This document shows positions 17,648 through 26,369 of a stretch of 32,000 nucleotides of DNA, piece by piece (within the stretch, counting starts at the first letter, position 1; every line of letters starts with the position of its first letter). Position numbers and translations under genes: made by a program. The stretch spans positions 2,340,001-2,372,000 of the forward strand of contig NZ_CP011034.1 in NCBI RefSeq assembly GCF_001465295.1, in the 5' to 3' direction. Source of the stretch: Pseudoalteromonas translucida KMM 520. GTDB taxonomy: Bacteria; Pseudomonadota; Gammaproteobacteria; Enterobacterales; Alteromonadaceae. The notes under the pieces are model-generated. The model had not been told where the DNA came from. It made no database searches and was given only the letters and a program-made list of their open reading frames with translations.

Positions 17648-18673
17648 TTATTCAGTTGTCTCGGGCTTTTTACGGCTAATAATTTTACTAGCAATATTTT
17701 GTACCGTACTTTTTAATAAATTGCGTTTATTTTCAAGCCGAGGTAATGGGCGGCTTAATTCCATTGCTTTGTAGCCAATGCGCGCGGTAAATATACCGGC
17801 ACTTAAGCCCTGTGCTGCTCGCCCCGAAAGTTTACCTAATAACTCGGCGCTTAGTGCGGTTGCAGCTAAATCAGAAATAAGCTCGGCACTGCCCACAAAC
17901 ATTACTTGCTTTATTAGCATGCGGTACAATTTTATGCGACTCGCGTAACCAAAACCAATCCCGTAAATCTTCCCTATTTGTTCTATTAACTTAGTACCGC
18001 GCCACAGCACAGCCATCATATCCACCAGCGCCAGCGGGCTAAGCGCAACCAGTAACGCCGACTCGGTTGCAAAGCGATTAATGAGCTTTTTAGCTTGGGT
18101 GTCTTGCGTTATTAATAAACTATTGGCGTATAGCGTCATTATTTCTTTATCGCTGTGGTGCGTTGCAACTTGATTTTTAAAGGTTTCAAAGTTATCGAGT
18201 TGCTGGTGTTTATTTAGTTTTTCAAGCCAAGGCAGTGCGCCGCCTACTTGTTCGCTATTTAACAGTCTGTCGGCTTCATGGCGATATAACTGGTTACGTT
18301 TTAAACTGCGCAGCATTCGGTATTCGCGCCATAATAAACGCCCTATTAGCAACACCCCACTCACTACAGCGGTTAAATATATACTGCCTAAAATAATCGA
18401 CTGCTGAAAAGCCAGTACCAATGAAAAAGCAAACTCTAGCAATACCAGCACCATAAAACTAACAACAAAAATGCCTTTGAGCGTTTGCCATTTTGACTTT
18501 TTATATACTGGCGCTAGGTCAATTTCTGGCTCTAGCATTTCGTCATTATCTTCTTGGTAATCACTTTGCCCATGCTCAATTATTTTTGCAGGCGCTAATA
18601 CAGGCTCGTTTTGCTCCATACTCTGGGTATGTATACGACGCCCTGCTTGAAACTCTTGGTTTGATTCACTCAT
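17648..18673 (-). CDS. ycjF: YcjF-family inner membrane protein (UPF0283/DUF697)
   Basis: 341-aa ORF with TM helices around residues 70-115. Its start overlaps the ycjX stop by 4 nt (ATGA). The ycjX-ycjF pairing is as in enterobacteria. Confidence 0.85.
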   Translation of the reverse strand: MSESNQEFQAGRRIHTQSMEQNEPVLAPAKIIEHGQSDYQEDNDEMLEPEIDLAPVYKKSKWQTLKGIFVVSFMVLVLLEFAFSLVLAFQQSIILGSIYLTAVVSGVLLIGRLLWREYRMLRSLKRNQLYRHEADRLLNSEQVGGALPWLEKLNKHQQLDNFETFKNQVATHHSDKEIMTLYANSLLITQDTQAKKLINRFATESALLVALSPLALVDMMAVLWRGTKLIEQIGKIYGIGFGYASRIKLYRMLIKQVMFVGSAELISDLAATALSAELLGKLSGRAAQGLSAGIFTARIGYKAMELSRPLPRLENKRNLLKSTVQNIASKIISRKKPETTE

Positions 18674-20091
18674 GCTAACTTGTCTCCTAACAGGTACTGC
18701 ATCACATGATCTAATCGAATATGTTTTAACTGCTTATCTGGGCTTGGCATTGGCGAAAACGATAAAAATTCAAACCCTTGCGCTGGCCATTCACTTTTAT
18801 TAAGCATTCTATTAGGCGGCTGTGGCGGTAAGTAGGTTAGCCAATCAGGCTCGTTAAGTGGCTTGCCGTAAATGCAGTCTAGCGTTTGGCCTTTGTCGGT
18901 TACTTGGCGCGGTTGTGTTGCGGTAATTGACGACATAGCCATGGTTTCTATTTGCACACCATCAAACTTTAAATGATTACTTTGCTCGTGTACTAATGAG
19001 TCGAGCAATAGTGCTAAGTCTTTATGATGCTTAGCGGTTATATGATCTGATTTATTAGCGGCAAATAATATTTTATCTATATTAGGTTTAAATAAGCGTT
19101 TAAAAAAGCCCGATTCGCCATAACTAAAGTGCGCCAATAATTGATTAATAACGCTACTTTGCTCTTGCAAGGTTGCATGCCCTTCGTTTAAGGCACTAAG
19201 TACATCTACTAATACTATTTGGCGATCAAAATGGCGAAAGTGTTCGTTATAAAAAGGCTTTACAACTTCTTTAACGTAGGCGTTAAAGCGTTTAATTAAA
19301 TGCGCTAAGTTAGAGCCTGCAACTAGGTTATTACTATTTATCTCACCCGATACTGGAAAAAACAATAGCAATGGCGCGCCTTGTAAATCGCCTGGCATTA
19401 ACATGCGCCCAGGTTGTAGCATGGCAAGTTTGGTGTCTTTTTTAAGCCCTATCAACATGCTTTGATAAAGCTGTGCAATATGCGCAAGTGCGCTTTCATC
19501 TACCGGCGCATTTAAGTCGAGTTGCTCAACGGCTGTTAAAAACTCACTTGAGGTATGCACCCGCAAATGCTGCGTTAATAGCGGATATTGCAGCTCGCAC
19601 CACTGTGCATAACTTTGCTCCAGCATAGGTAAATCAAGCAGCCACTCGCCGGGGTAGTCAATTATATCTAAATAAAGCGTTGATTGCGGTGAAAAATGGC
19701 CACGCAGCCCAGCATTACTTTGATACTTAATAGCTAAACGCAGCGTATTTATGCGCTCGGTTGAAGGCGGCCATGTTGGCTCGCCGTCACTGGGGAGTAA
19801 CGCATTTAATGCTCGAGTATAATTAAATGTGGGCACTTTAAGCGCCTCTTGCGGCACTACTTTAGTGGCAATATGGCGGCGCTCGCGCATTACATCAAAA
19901 AAAGGCAGGTTTTTATCACTCGCTTGGCTTGTTAAGTGTTTAACTAATGCGGTAATAAACGCTGTTTTGCCGCTGCCACTCAAACCTGTTACAGCCAGTT
20001 TTACATGCTGATCTAAGCTGCGATGCAATGCTTTTTGTGCTTTGCCTTTAATACTGGTAAAGGTCTTTTTTGCAAATGAAGTACGACTCAT
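18670..20091 (-). CDS. ycjX: YcjX-family P-loop NTPase (DUF463)
   Basis: 473-aa ORF with Walker A GLSGSGKTAF near the N-terminus. Length and layout match E. coli YcjX (465 aa). It is followed by ycjF. Confidence 0.88.
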   Translation of the reverse strand: MSRTSFAKKTFTSIKGKAQKALHRSLDQHVKLAVTGLSGSGKTAFITALVKHLTSQASDKNLPFFDVMRERRHIATKVVPQEALKVPTFNYTRALNALLPSDGEPTWPPSTERINTLRLAIKYQSNAGLRGHFSPQSTLYLDIIDYPGEWLLDLPMLEQSYAQWCELQYPLLTQHLRVHTSSEFLTAVEQLDLNAPVDESALAHIAQLYQSMLIGLKKDTKLAMLQPGRMLMPGDLQGAPLLLFFPVSGEINSNNLVAGSNLAHLIKRFNAYVKEVVKPFYNEHFRHFDRQIVLVDVLSALNEGHATLQEQSSVINQLLAHFSYGESGFFKRLFKPNIDKILFAANKSDHITAKHHKDLALLLDSLVHEQSNHLKFDGVQIETMAMSSITATQPRQVTDKGQTLDCIYGKPLNEPDWLTYLPPQPPNRMLNKSEWPAQGFEFLSFSPMPSPDKQLKHIRLDHVMQYLLGDKLA

Positions 20092-20154
20092 AATGGTTTA
20101 GCACTTAGCACTTCACTTACTGTTTAATGTGTAGTTGCCGTGCTATTAAATCCT

Positions 20155-20556
20155 TTAAAGTTTGTTAATTTCACGGCTCACCGTAAATTCAGTAGAAGTA
20201 ACATAGCGTTCTATATTTTGTAGGCGCGTATCTACGCGTGTTAAACGCTCTTTTAAGTCTTGCAATGCGCGGCGCGGTGGCTCGCCTTTTTGCCATACTT
20301 TAAATTTTACTTCTAGCGGATCGCCATAGTTAGTAGAATTTGTTTTATAGGCGCTAGTGGGTTCTTTTTTATCTAAAATAAACCAGGCTGCAATATACGC
20401 TACCACAAATAAAGGGCCGCCAGTTAGTAATACCGCACTAACAAATATAATACGAACTAACCATAATTCCATATTAAAATAATCGCTTAGCCCAGCGCAT
20501 ACGCCGGCTATTTTTCCGCGCTGCGGATCTCTTAATAATTCGCGTTTGGTACTCAT
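20155..20556 (-). CDS. pspC: Phage shock protein C
   Basis: 133-aa ORF. The PspC domain GKIAGVCAGLSDYFNMELWLVRIIFV is followed by one TM helix, and the C-terminal leucine-zipper-like region contains ERYVTS (E. coli has MERYVTSDTF). It overlaps the pspB stop by 4 nt. Confidence 0.9.
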   Translation of the reverse strand: MSTKRELLRDPQRGKIAGVCAGLSDYFNMELWLVRIIFVSAVLLTGGPLFVVAYIAAWFILDKKEPTSAYKTNSTNYGDPLEVKFKVWQKGEPPRRALQDLKERLTRVDTRLQNIERYVTSTEFTVSREINKL

Positions 20557-20786
20557 ACTTTACGCCTCCACTGTGGCGACTCTTGATCAAGTAATGCTTC
20601 GAGTGTTTCGACTCGATCAGCCATTTTTTCGGCTTTTTGAGCAAGCTCTAACAACTGGCGATGCTCGTGTTCACTTAACCCTTGGCTTACTTGTTTTTTG
20701 CTACGATAGTGTAAAATTAGCCACAAAGGCGCGACAAAAATCATAAATAAAATAAATGGTGCTACGAGTATTTCTGGATCAAACAT
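20553..20786 (-). CDS. pspB: Phage shock protein B
   Basis: 77-aa ORF with a single N-terminal TM helix followed by LWLILHYRSK ... LEALLD, closely parallel to E. coli PspB (74 aa). Confidence 0.88.
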   Translation of the reverse strand: MFDPEILVAPFILFMIFVAPLWLILHYRSKKQVSQGLSEHEHRQLLELAQKAEKMADRVETLEALLDQESPQWRRKV

Positions 20787-20822
20787 AACCCTCTCCTGAC
20801 TATCCGTATTGATGTTTTAAGT

Positions 20823-20840
20823 AGGGGCACATGGGCCCCT
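20823..20840 (-). promoter_or_regulatory. GC-rich hairpin in the pspA-pspB spacer (candidate attenuator/processing-protection hairpin)
   Basis: AGGGGC (20823-20828) pairs with GCCCCT (20835-20840). There is no clear T-run. It lies 32 nt downstream of the pspA stop. Confidence 0.3.
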
Positions 20841-20871
20841 TATATTATTATTGGTATGCGTTAGCTATACG

Positions 20872-21531
20872 TTACTTATCTGCTAACTTCTTTTTAAGCT
20901 CTGCTAACTCATCGTCTACTTTTTCGTTTTTTTGCAGTTCGGCAATTTCATCTGCTAAGGTTTTTTTGCCTAAATCGTACGACTCTATTTGAGATTCTAG
21001 TCCATCTATTTTAGTTTCGTAACGCTCAAAACGATTAAGTGCATCTTCTACCTTTGAGCTATCAAGTGCTTTTTTAACTTCAAGGCGCGACTCAGCCGAA
21101 CGTTGACGTAATATAATCGCTTTTTGACGAGCTTTAGCATCTGCTAGCTTTTCTTGTAGCGTGGTTACTTCTTGTTGTAACTTTTCGATGTGTGAGCCTA
21201 CATGCTCAAGTTCACCCTCGACTGAAGCTACAGCTTCGGCTGACTTTTGCTTTTCGAGTAAAGCGGCACGTGCTAAATCGTCACGATCTTTGCTTAGCGC
21301 TAGTTCAGCTTTGTCTTGCCAATCATTCATTTGCGCTTTAAGTGTATCAACGCGACGTACTAATTCTTTTCGCTCAGCGAGTGTTTTAGCTGACGTAGAG
21401 CGAACCTCTACCAAGGTGTCTTCCATTTCTTGAATAATCAGACGAACCATTTTTTCTGGGTCTTCTGCTTTATCTAAAATGGCATTGATATTAGAATTAA
21501 CAATGTCTGCAAAACGTGAAAAAATTCCCAT
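20872..21531 (-). CDS. pspA: Phage shock protein A (PspA/IM30)
   Basis: 219-aa ORF. MGIFSRFADIVNSNINAILDKAEDPEKMVRLIIQEMEDTLVEVRSTSAK is nearly identical to the E. coli PspA N-terminus. The rest is coiled coil. Confidence 0.95.
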   Translation of the reverse strand: MGIFSRFADIVNSNINAILDKAEDPEKMVRLIIQEMEDTLVEVRSTSAKTLAERKELVRRVDTLKAQMNDWQDKAELALSKDRDDLARAALLEKQKSAEAVASVEGELEHVGSHIEKLQQEVTTLQEKLADAKARQKAIILRQRSAESRLEVKKALDSSKVEDALNRFERYETKIDGLESQIESYDLGKKTLADEIAELQKNEKVDDELAELKKKLADK

Positions 21532-21578
21532 AACATTTACCTCTATAATTTAAACTTAGTTTGTCTGCTATAACTGTA

Positions 21579-21593
21579 TCAATATGCTTGCCA
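21579..21593 (-). promoter_or_regulatory. sigma54 (-24/-12) promoter of pspA
   Basis: The minus strand reads TGGCAA-GCATA-TTGA, against the consensus TGGCAC-N5-TTGC: 8 of 10 defined positions with correct spacing. It lies 48-62 nt upstream of the pspA ATG, and the divergent activator gene pspF is adjacent. Confidence 0.6.
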
Positions 21594-21615
21594 ACTTTAT
21601 AAAAGTTAAAATACA

Positions 21616-21628
21616 TAATTTATTCATA
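21616..21628 (-). promoter_or_regulatory. IHF-like site between the pspA promoter and upstream repeats
   Basis: The minus strand reads TATGAATAAATTA, which differs from WATCAANNNNTTR at one position. It sits at about -48 to -60 relative to the inferred start site, in an AT-rich tract. Confidence 0.3.
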
Positions 21629-21649
21629 GAGTTAAACTCAAATTACAAA

Positions 21650-21694
21650 TTACTTTAGTTATCTCTCATTATGAAATACACTAACTGTTAGTAA
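21650..21694. promoter_or_regulatory. Candidate PspF upstream activating sequences (pair of TTACT-N2/3-AGTTA-type sites)
   Basis: TTACTTTAGTTA (21650-21661) and TAACTGTTAGTAA (21682-21694) are mutually inverted. They lie at roughly -82 to -126 from the inferred pspA start, the interval occupied by the PspF UAS in E. coli. They overlap the pspF promoter region. Confidence 0.3.
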
Positions 21695-21716
21695 AAATGA
21701 CTAAGAGTTAGGAAAT

Positions 21717-22799
21717 ATGAGCCAATATCGCCAACAAGATAACTTACTCGGCCAATCTGATAGCTTTTTATCGGTACTTGATCAGGTATCGCAGCTAGCT
21801 AACCTAGATAAACCTGTGCTTATTATTGGTGAGCGTGGCACAGGTAAAGAGTTAATTGCAGCACGTTTACACTTTTTATCTAAACGTTGGGATCAAAACT
21901 ATGTAAAGCTCAACTGTGCGGCGCTTAACGAAAACCTGCTCGAAAGTGAATTATTTGGCCATGAAAGTGGTGCTTTTACTGGCGCTAGCAAACGCCACGA
22001 AGGCCGCTTTGAACGTGCAAACAGCGGTACTTTATTTTTAGATGAATTGGCAAACACCTCCGAAATGGTACAAGAAAAACTGCTTCGCGTAATAGAGTAC
22101 GGTGAATTTGAGCGTGTCGGCGGTAAACAAACAATAAAAGTAGATACGCGTTTAGTGTGCGCTACTAACGAAGATTTACCTTATTTAGCACAGCAAGGTG
22201 AGTTTAGAAGCGATTTGCTCGACCGCCTGGCTTTTGATGTAATAACCCTTCCCCCCCTGCGTGAACGCCAAGGCGATATAATGCTGCTTGCAGAGCAGTT
22301 TGCAATGAATATGGCGCGCGATTTAGAGTGGCAATTGTTTAGCGGTTTTACCCGTAGCGCCACAGAAACACTGCTGAGTTATGATTGGCCAGGTAATATT
22401 CGTGAGTTGAAAAATGTGGTTGAGCGCAGTTTGTATCGCCATGGAAGTGAACAGATCCCCGTTCATCAGATTATTTTAGACCCATTTGAAAGCCGTTTTA
22501 GGCCAAAACCACGGGTAAAGCCTGCTGCTTTGATTAATAACACTAGCATTCCTGAGCCAGCGGTTGCCGCAGCACCGGTTGCTCAAGCAGCACCAAGTAC
22601 AGCGGCTATTAATACTGAATTTCCGTGTAGCTTAAAAAAACTCTCTAACGACTTTGAAATTTTAATGATTAACAAAGCCTTAGAACATAGCCAATTTAAC
22701 CAAAAGAAAACTGCAGAAGTACTGGGTTTAACGTATCATCAATTACGTGGCTATCTGAAAAAATATAACTTGCTATACCCAAGCGACACCAAGGGGTGA
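21717..22799 (+). CDS. pspF: psp operon transcriptional activator PspF (sigma54 enhancer-binding protein without a receiver domain)
   Basis: 360-aa ORF. The AAA+ domain starts almost at the N-terminus (Walker A GERGTGKE, GAFTGA loop ESGAFTGA) and there is a C-terminal HTH (KKTAEVLGLTYHQLRGYLKKY). It is divergent from pspA. Confidence 0.93.
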   Translation: MSQYRQQDNLLGQSDSFLSVLDQVSQLANLDKPVLIIGERGTGKELIAARLHFLSKRWDQNYVKLNCAALNENLLESELFGHESGAFTGASKRHEGRFERANSGTLFLDELANTSEMVQEKLLRVIEYGEFERVGGKQTIKVDTRLVCATNEDLPYLAQQGEFRSDLLDRLAFDVITLPPLRERQGDIMLLAEQFAMNMARDLEWQLFSGFTRSATETLLSYDWPGNIRELKNVVERSLYRHGSEQIPVHQIILDPFESRFRPKPRVKPAALINNTSIPEPAVAAAPVAQAAPSTAAINTEFPCSLKKLSNDFEILMINKALEHSQFNQKKTAEVLGLTYHQLRGYLKKYNLLYPSDTKG

Positions 22800-22847
22800 G
22801 TTTCTGTTTACTTAGTTATAGTTCAATAATAGTTAGAGGTTACGCAG

Positions 22848-24455
22848 GTGCATAAATTATTACTTGCTTTGCTATCAACCAGCCTTATAGGGTGCATAGA
22901 TAGTAAAGAAGAAATCTTAAAAGAAAAAAACCAAGGCTTAGTTTATTGCGCTGAAGCAAACCCTGTGTCGTTTAATCCGCAGGTAACTACAACAGGCTCA
23001 ACTATAGATATTATTGCCAATCAATTATACGACCGCCTAATTAGTATTGACCCTGTTACAGCTGAATTTCAAAGTGAATTAGCCACCGATTGGAAAACGA
23101 GTAAAGACGGTAAGTCGGTTACTTTCACCTTGCGCAAAGGCGTAAAATTTCATACCACGGCCTATTTTACGCCGTCGCGGGATTTTAACGCCGACGATGT
23201 TATTTTTACTTTTAGCCGCTTATTTGATGTTTATAATCCGTATCACTTTATTGGCGATGCTAATTACCCTTACTTTCAGAGCGTAGGAATTGATCAGCTT
23301 ATTCGTAAAATTGTACGTGTGTCTGACTATCAAGTACGATTTGAGTTGTTTAATGCCGAAAGTAGCTTTTTAGCCAATATGGCCACCGATTTTGCGGTTG
23401 TATTGTCACAAGAATACGCCATGCAACTAAAAGCCAGCGAACAAACTAATTTGTTTGATCACTACCCAGTTGGCACAGGCCCGTATATTTATAAAGAGTA
23501 TAGGCGCGACCATTTAGTACGTTTTTATAAAAATCCAGCCTATTGGAAACACGACGTGGTACTGGAGCAATTGGTTTACGACATTACCCCTAACGGCACC
23601 ACGCGTATAGCTAAAATGCTCACCAAAGAATGTGATGTAACCGCTCATCCAAGTAGCGCGCAATTGAGTATTTTAGCCCAGCGCGACGACATTAATGTAG
23701 AAAAAGAAACCAACTTAAATATTGGCTACTGGGCATTTAATACTGAGCGCCCTCCTTTTGACGATATACGAGTACGCCAAGCACTCGCCCATGCAATTGA
23801 TGTAGATAAAATAATGCAGGCGGTATATTACGGCAATGGTATTCGCGCTCAATCAATTTTACCCCCCACCTCGTGGGCGTTTGAACCACAAGCTAACATT
23901 CCAAATTTTGACCCAGCTTTAGCCAAAAAATTACTTATTGAAGCAGGGCTACCTAATGGCTTTAACATGAACATTTGGGCCATGCCGGTCAGTCGTATTT
24001 ATAATCCTAATGCCCGTAAAATGGCCGAGCTAATGCAAAGCGATTTACGTAAAATAGGGGTTAAAGTGAGTATTATAGAATACGAATGGAATACCTTTAT
24101 TCAACGTGTTGGCGAGCACCGACATGACAGCGTACTGCTTGGCTGGGCTGCTGATACGCCCGACCCTGATAACTTTTTTAGCCCTTTGCTAAGTTGCACA
24201 GCCACTTTTAGTGGTAAAAATGCCGCAAATTGGTGTAATCCACAATTTGACTCTTTACTTAACCAAGCGCTCAGCACAACCGATATAGCAATGCGCAAAC
24301 AGTATTATGATGCCGCACAAAGCATGATTATCAATGAGCTGCCTTTAATACCAATAGCTCACGGCATGCGTTTTCAGGCAAGCAGTGCTGATGTAGAGGG
24401 CATAACGCTGGGGCCTTTTGGTGCTATTTCGCTTGCTAATGCGAGGAAAAAATAA
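22848..24455 (+). CDS. sapA: Peptide ABC transporter substrate-binding protein SapA (family 5 SBP), predicted lipoprotein
   Basis: 535-aa ORF with a GTG start and an AGAGG SD. The signal peptide ends in the lipobox-like LIGC. It is the first gene of a five-gene sapABCDF-type operon whose permease subunits align closely with E. coli SapB/SapC. Confidence 0.85.
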   Translation: MHKLLLALLSTSLIGCIDSKEEILKEKNQGLVYCAEANPVSFNPQVTTTGSTIDIIANQLYDRLISIDPVTAEFQSELATDWKTSKDGKSVTFTLRKGVKFHTTAYFTPSRDFNADDVIFTFSRLFDVYNPYHFIGDANYPYFQSVGIDQLIRKIVRVSDYQVRFELFNAESSFLANMATDFAVVLSQEYAMQLKASEQTNLFDHYPVGTGPYIYKEYRRDHLVRFYKNPAYWKHDVVLEQLVYDITPNGTTRIAKMLTKECDVTAHPSSAQLSILAQRDDINVEKETNLNIGYWAFNTERPPFDDIRVRQALAHAIDVDKIMQAVYYGNGIRAQSILPPTSWAFEPQANIPNFDPALAKKLLIEAGLPNGFNMNIWAMPVSRIYNPNARKMAELMQSDLRKIGVKVSIIEYEWNTFIQRVGEHRHDSVLLGWAADTPDPDNFFSPLLSCTATFSGKNAANWCNPQFDSLLNQALSTTDIAMRKQYYDAAQSMIINELPLIPIAHGMRFQASSADVEGITLGPFGAISLANARKK

Positions 24456-25489
24456 TGCGATTAGATTATATTTTACGCCGCATTGGTTTATTTGTTTTTA
24501 TGGTATTAATGCTTAGCGTTTTTACTTTTTTGCTGAGCTTTTTATTTCCTGGCGATGCATTAAGTAATTTAAGTGGCGTTCCCAGCAATAATTTTGCGCA
24601 ACATACCCAGCTAGAAGATAAGTATTTATATAATAGTAATTATTTTATGCAATATATCGCTTTTTTAGGGCGCATATTGCAAGGTGATTGGGGGCTGTCG
24701 TTTGCCTCTGGAGATAGCGTATTTTCGCAAATACTCGACTTAATACCTGCCACACTCGAGCTTAGTATATACGCGCTGTTTGTTTCGGTTGTTATTGGTG
24801 TTCCTACGGGCATATTAGCCTCTGCTTATTATAAACAATGGCCCGATAAGCTTATTTCCTCTACCACTATGATAGGCTATTCCATGCCTATTTTTTGGTT
24901 AGCATTATTACTCATTATGCTATTTTCATTACAACTGGGTTGGTTTCCAATGTCGGGAAGAATGAGCTTACTCTATGAAATACCACCCACTACAGGTTTT
25001 ATTTTAATTGATATTAGCTTGGCAAGCTTTCCGTACCAGGGCATGGCTTTTATTGACGCCTTACACCACCTTACCTTGCCTACCATAGTATTGGCTATGT
25101 ACCCCACTACGGTATTGATACGCTTTACTCGCGAATCTATGCTTAAAGTAATGGATCAAAACTTTATTAAAACAGCGCGCGCAAAAGGCCTTAATCGCAG
25201 GCAACTTATAATGCACCATGCGCTGCGTAATGCATTGTTACCGGTAATTAAGCAAATTGGTTTACAATTTAGCACGCTTATTACGCTGGCAATGATCACT
25301 GAGATTATTTTTTCGTGGCCTGGGATTGGCCGCTGGTTAATTGATAGTATTTATCAGCGTGATTACCCCGCTATACAAGGTGGCTTAATGGCGGTGTCTT
25401 TATTTATTATTTTTGCCACCATCATCGCAGAGCTAATTTATACTCTATTCGACCCACTCTCACGGAACCAAGCTCATGGCAAAGTTTAA
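24455..25489 (+). CDS. sapB: Peptide ABC transporter permease SapB
   Basis: 344-aa polytopic ORF. FSWPGIGRWLIDSIYQRDYPAIQGG compares with E. coli SapB [25 protein letters not shown]. The start overlaps the sapA stop (TAATG). Confidence 0.87.
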   Translation: MRLDYILRRIGLFVFMVLMLSVFTFLLSFLFPGDALSNLSGVPSNNFAQHTQLEDKYLYNSNYFMQYIAFLGRILQGDWGLSFASGDSVFSQILDLIPATLELSIYALFVSVVIGVPTGILASAYYKQWPDKLISSTTMIGYSMPIFWLALLLIMLFSLQLGWFPMSGRMSLLYEIPPTTGFILIDISLASFPYQGMAFIDALHHLTLPTIVLAMYPTTVLIRFTRESMLKVMDQNFIKTARAKGLNRRQLIMHHALRNALLPVIKQIGLQFSTLITLAMITEIIFSWPGIGRWLIDSIYQRDYPAIQGGLMAVSLFIIFATIIAELIYTLFDPLSRNQAHGKV

Positions 25490-26369
25490 CTTATTTTCTG
25501 AAGAGTCGAATAAATCGCCCCTAGCACGGCTGTGGCGAAAATTTAAAACCAACCACCCTGCACTTGTTGGTTTATGGGTGTTTATTGCTTTTGCTTTACT
25601 GGCTGCCAGTGCGCCTTTTTTAGCCCCTTATGGGGTTAATCAGCAGCATAGTGATGCCTTACTTATTCCGCCATCGTGGCGCGAAATGGGTGACGTACGT
25701 TTTCTTTTAGGCACCGACGATTTAGGCCGCGATGTACTTTCTAGATTAATGAACGGCGCAACGTATACATTTGGCTTGTCAATTATTGCAGCGTTTTTAA
25801 CCACTGTCATTGGCTTACTCGTAGGCACTTTCGCTGGTATTAGTCGCGGGCTTCGCTCCAGTTTTTTAAATCACTTACTGGATATAACGCTTTCTATTCC
25901 GTCGTTGTTGCTGGCAATTATTATTATAGCCATATTAGGCCCTGGTTTAATGAATACCGTATGGGCAATTATTTTGGCACTGCTGCCGCAATTTATTCAC
26001 TCTATTCGCAACCTAATTGTCGATGAGCTGAGTAAAGATTACATCACCGCTTATCGGCTCGATGGCGCCTCTAATTGGCATATATTGTCGCGAGGGATTT
26101 ACCCCAATATATATGAATATATAGTGGTTATTTTTACCATGGCGCTCTCTACTGCTATTTTAGATATAGCCGCTTTAGGATTTTTAAAATTAGGGGCGCA
26201 ACCACCTACAACCGAATGGGGCGCAATTTTAGCCGAAAACCTCGGGCTTATATATTTAGCTCCCTGGACTGTAGCCCTACCAGGCGTACTGTTGTTTTTA
26301 GCTGTACTGTCAACAAACTTAGTAGGCGATGGACTTCGCCAAGTTTTACAAGCGCGTAAGGCTGATTAA
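25476..26369 (+). CDS. sapC: Peptide ABC transporter permease SapC
   Basis: 297-aa ORF. FLLGTDDLGRDVLSRLMNGA and YRLDGAS motifs parallel E. coli SapC. It overlaps the sapB end by 14 nt. Confidence 0.87.
   Translation: MAKFNLFSEESNKSPLARLWRKFKTNHPALVGLWVFIAFALLAASAPFLAPYGVNQQHSDALLIPPSWREMGDVRFLLGTDDLGRDVLSRLMNGATYTFGLSIIAAFLTTVIGLLVGTFAGISRGLRSSFLNHLLDITLSIPSLLLAIIIIAILGPGLMNTVWAIILALLPQFIHSIRNLIVDELSKDYITAYRLDGASNWHILSRGIYPNIYEYIVVIFTMALSTAILDIAALGFLKLGAQPPTTEWGAILAENLGLIYLAPWTVALPGVLLFLAVLSTNLVGDGLRQVLQARKAD

Noticed and set aside
17511-17774. 87-aa plus-strand ORF (TTG start) spanning the MGL-ycjF spacer and the ycjF 3' end
   Set aside because: It overlaps ycjF by about 127 nt on the opposite strand, has a non-ATG start without an SD and no recognisable features.
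20099-20112. Tandem heptamer TAGCACT-TAGCACT in the pspC-ycjX spacer
   Set aside because: It is only two copies of 7 nt, compatible with slippage or chance, and no associated structure was seen. I noted only that ycjX lacks an obvious SD.
22497-22620. Pro/Ala-rich ~40-residue linker in PspF (PKPRVKPAAL...PEPAVAAAPVAQAAPSTAA), which makes it longer than E. coli PspF
   Set aside because: It is a low-complexity interdomain linker between the AAA+ domain and the HTH. It is not a DNA repeat or an extra domain and is likely lineage-specific length variation.
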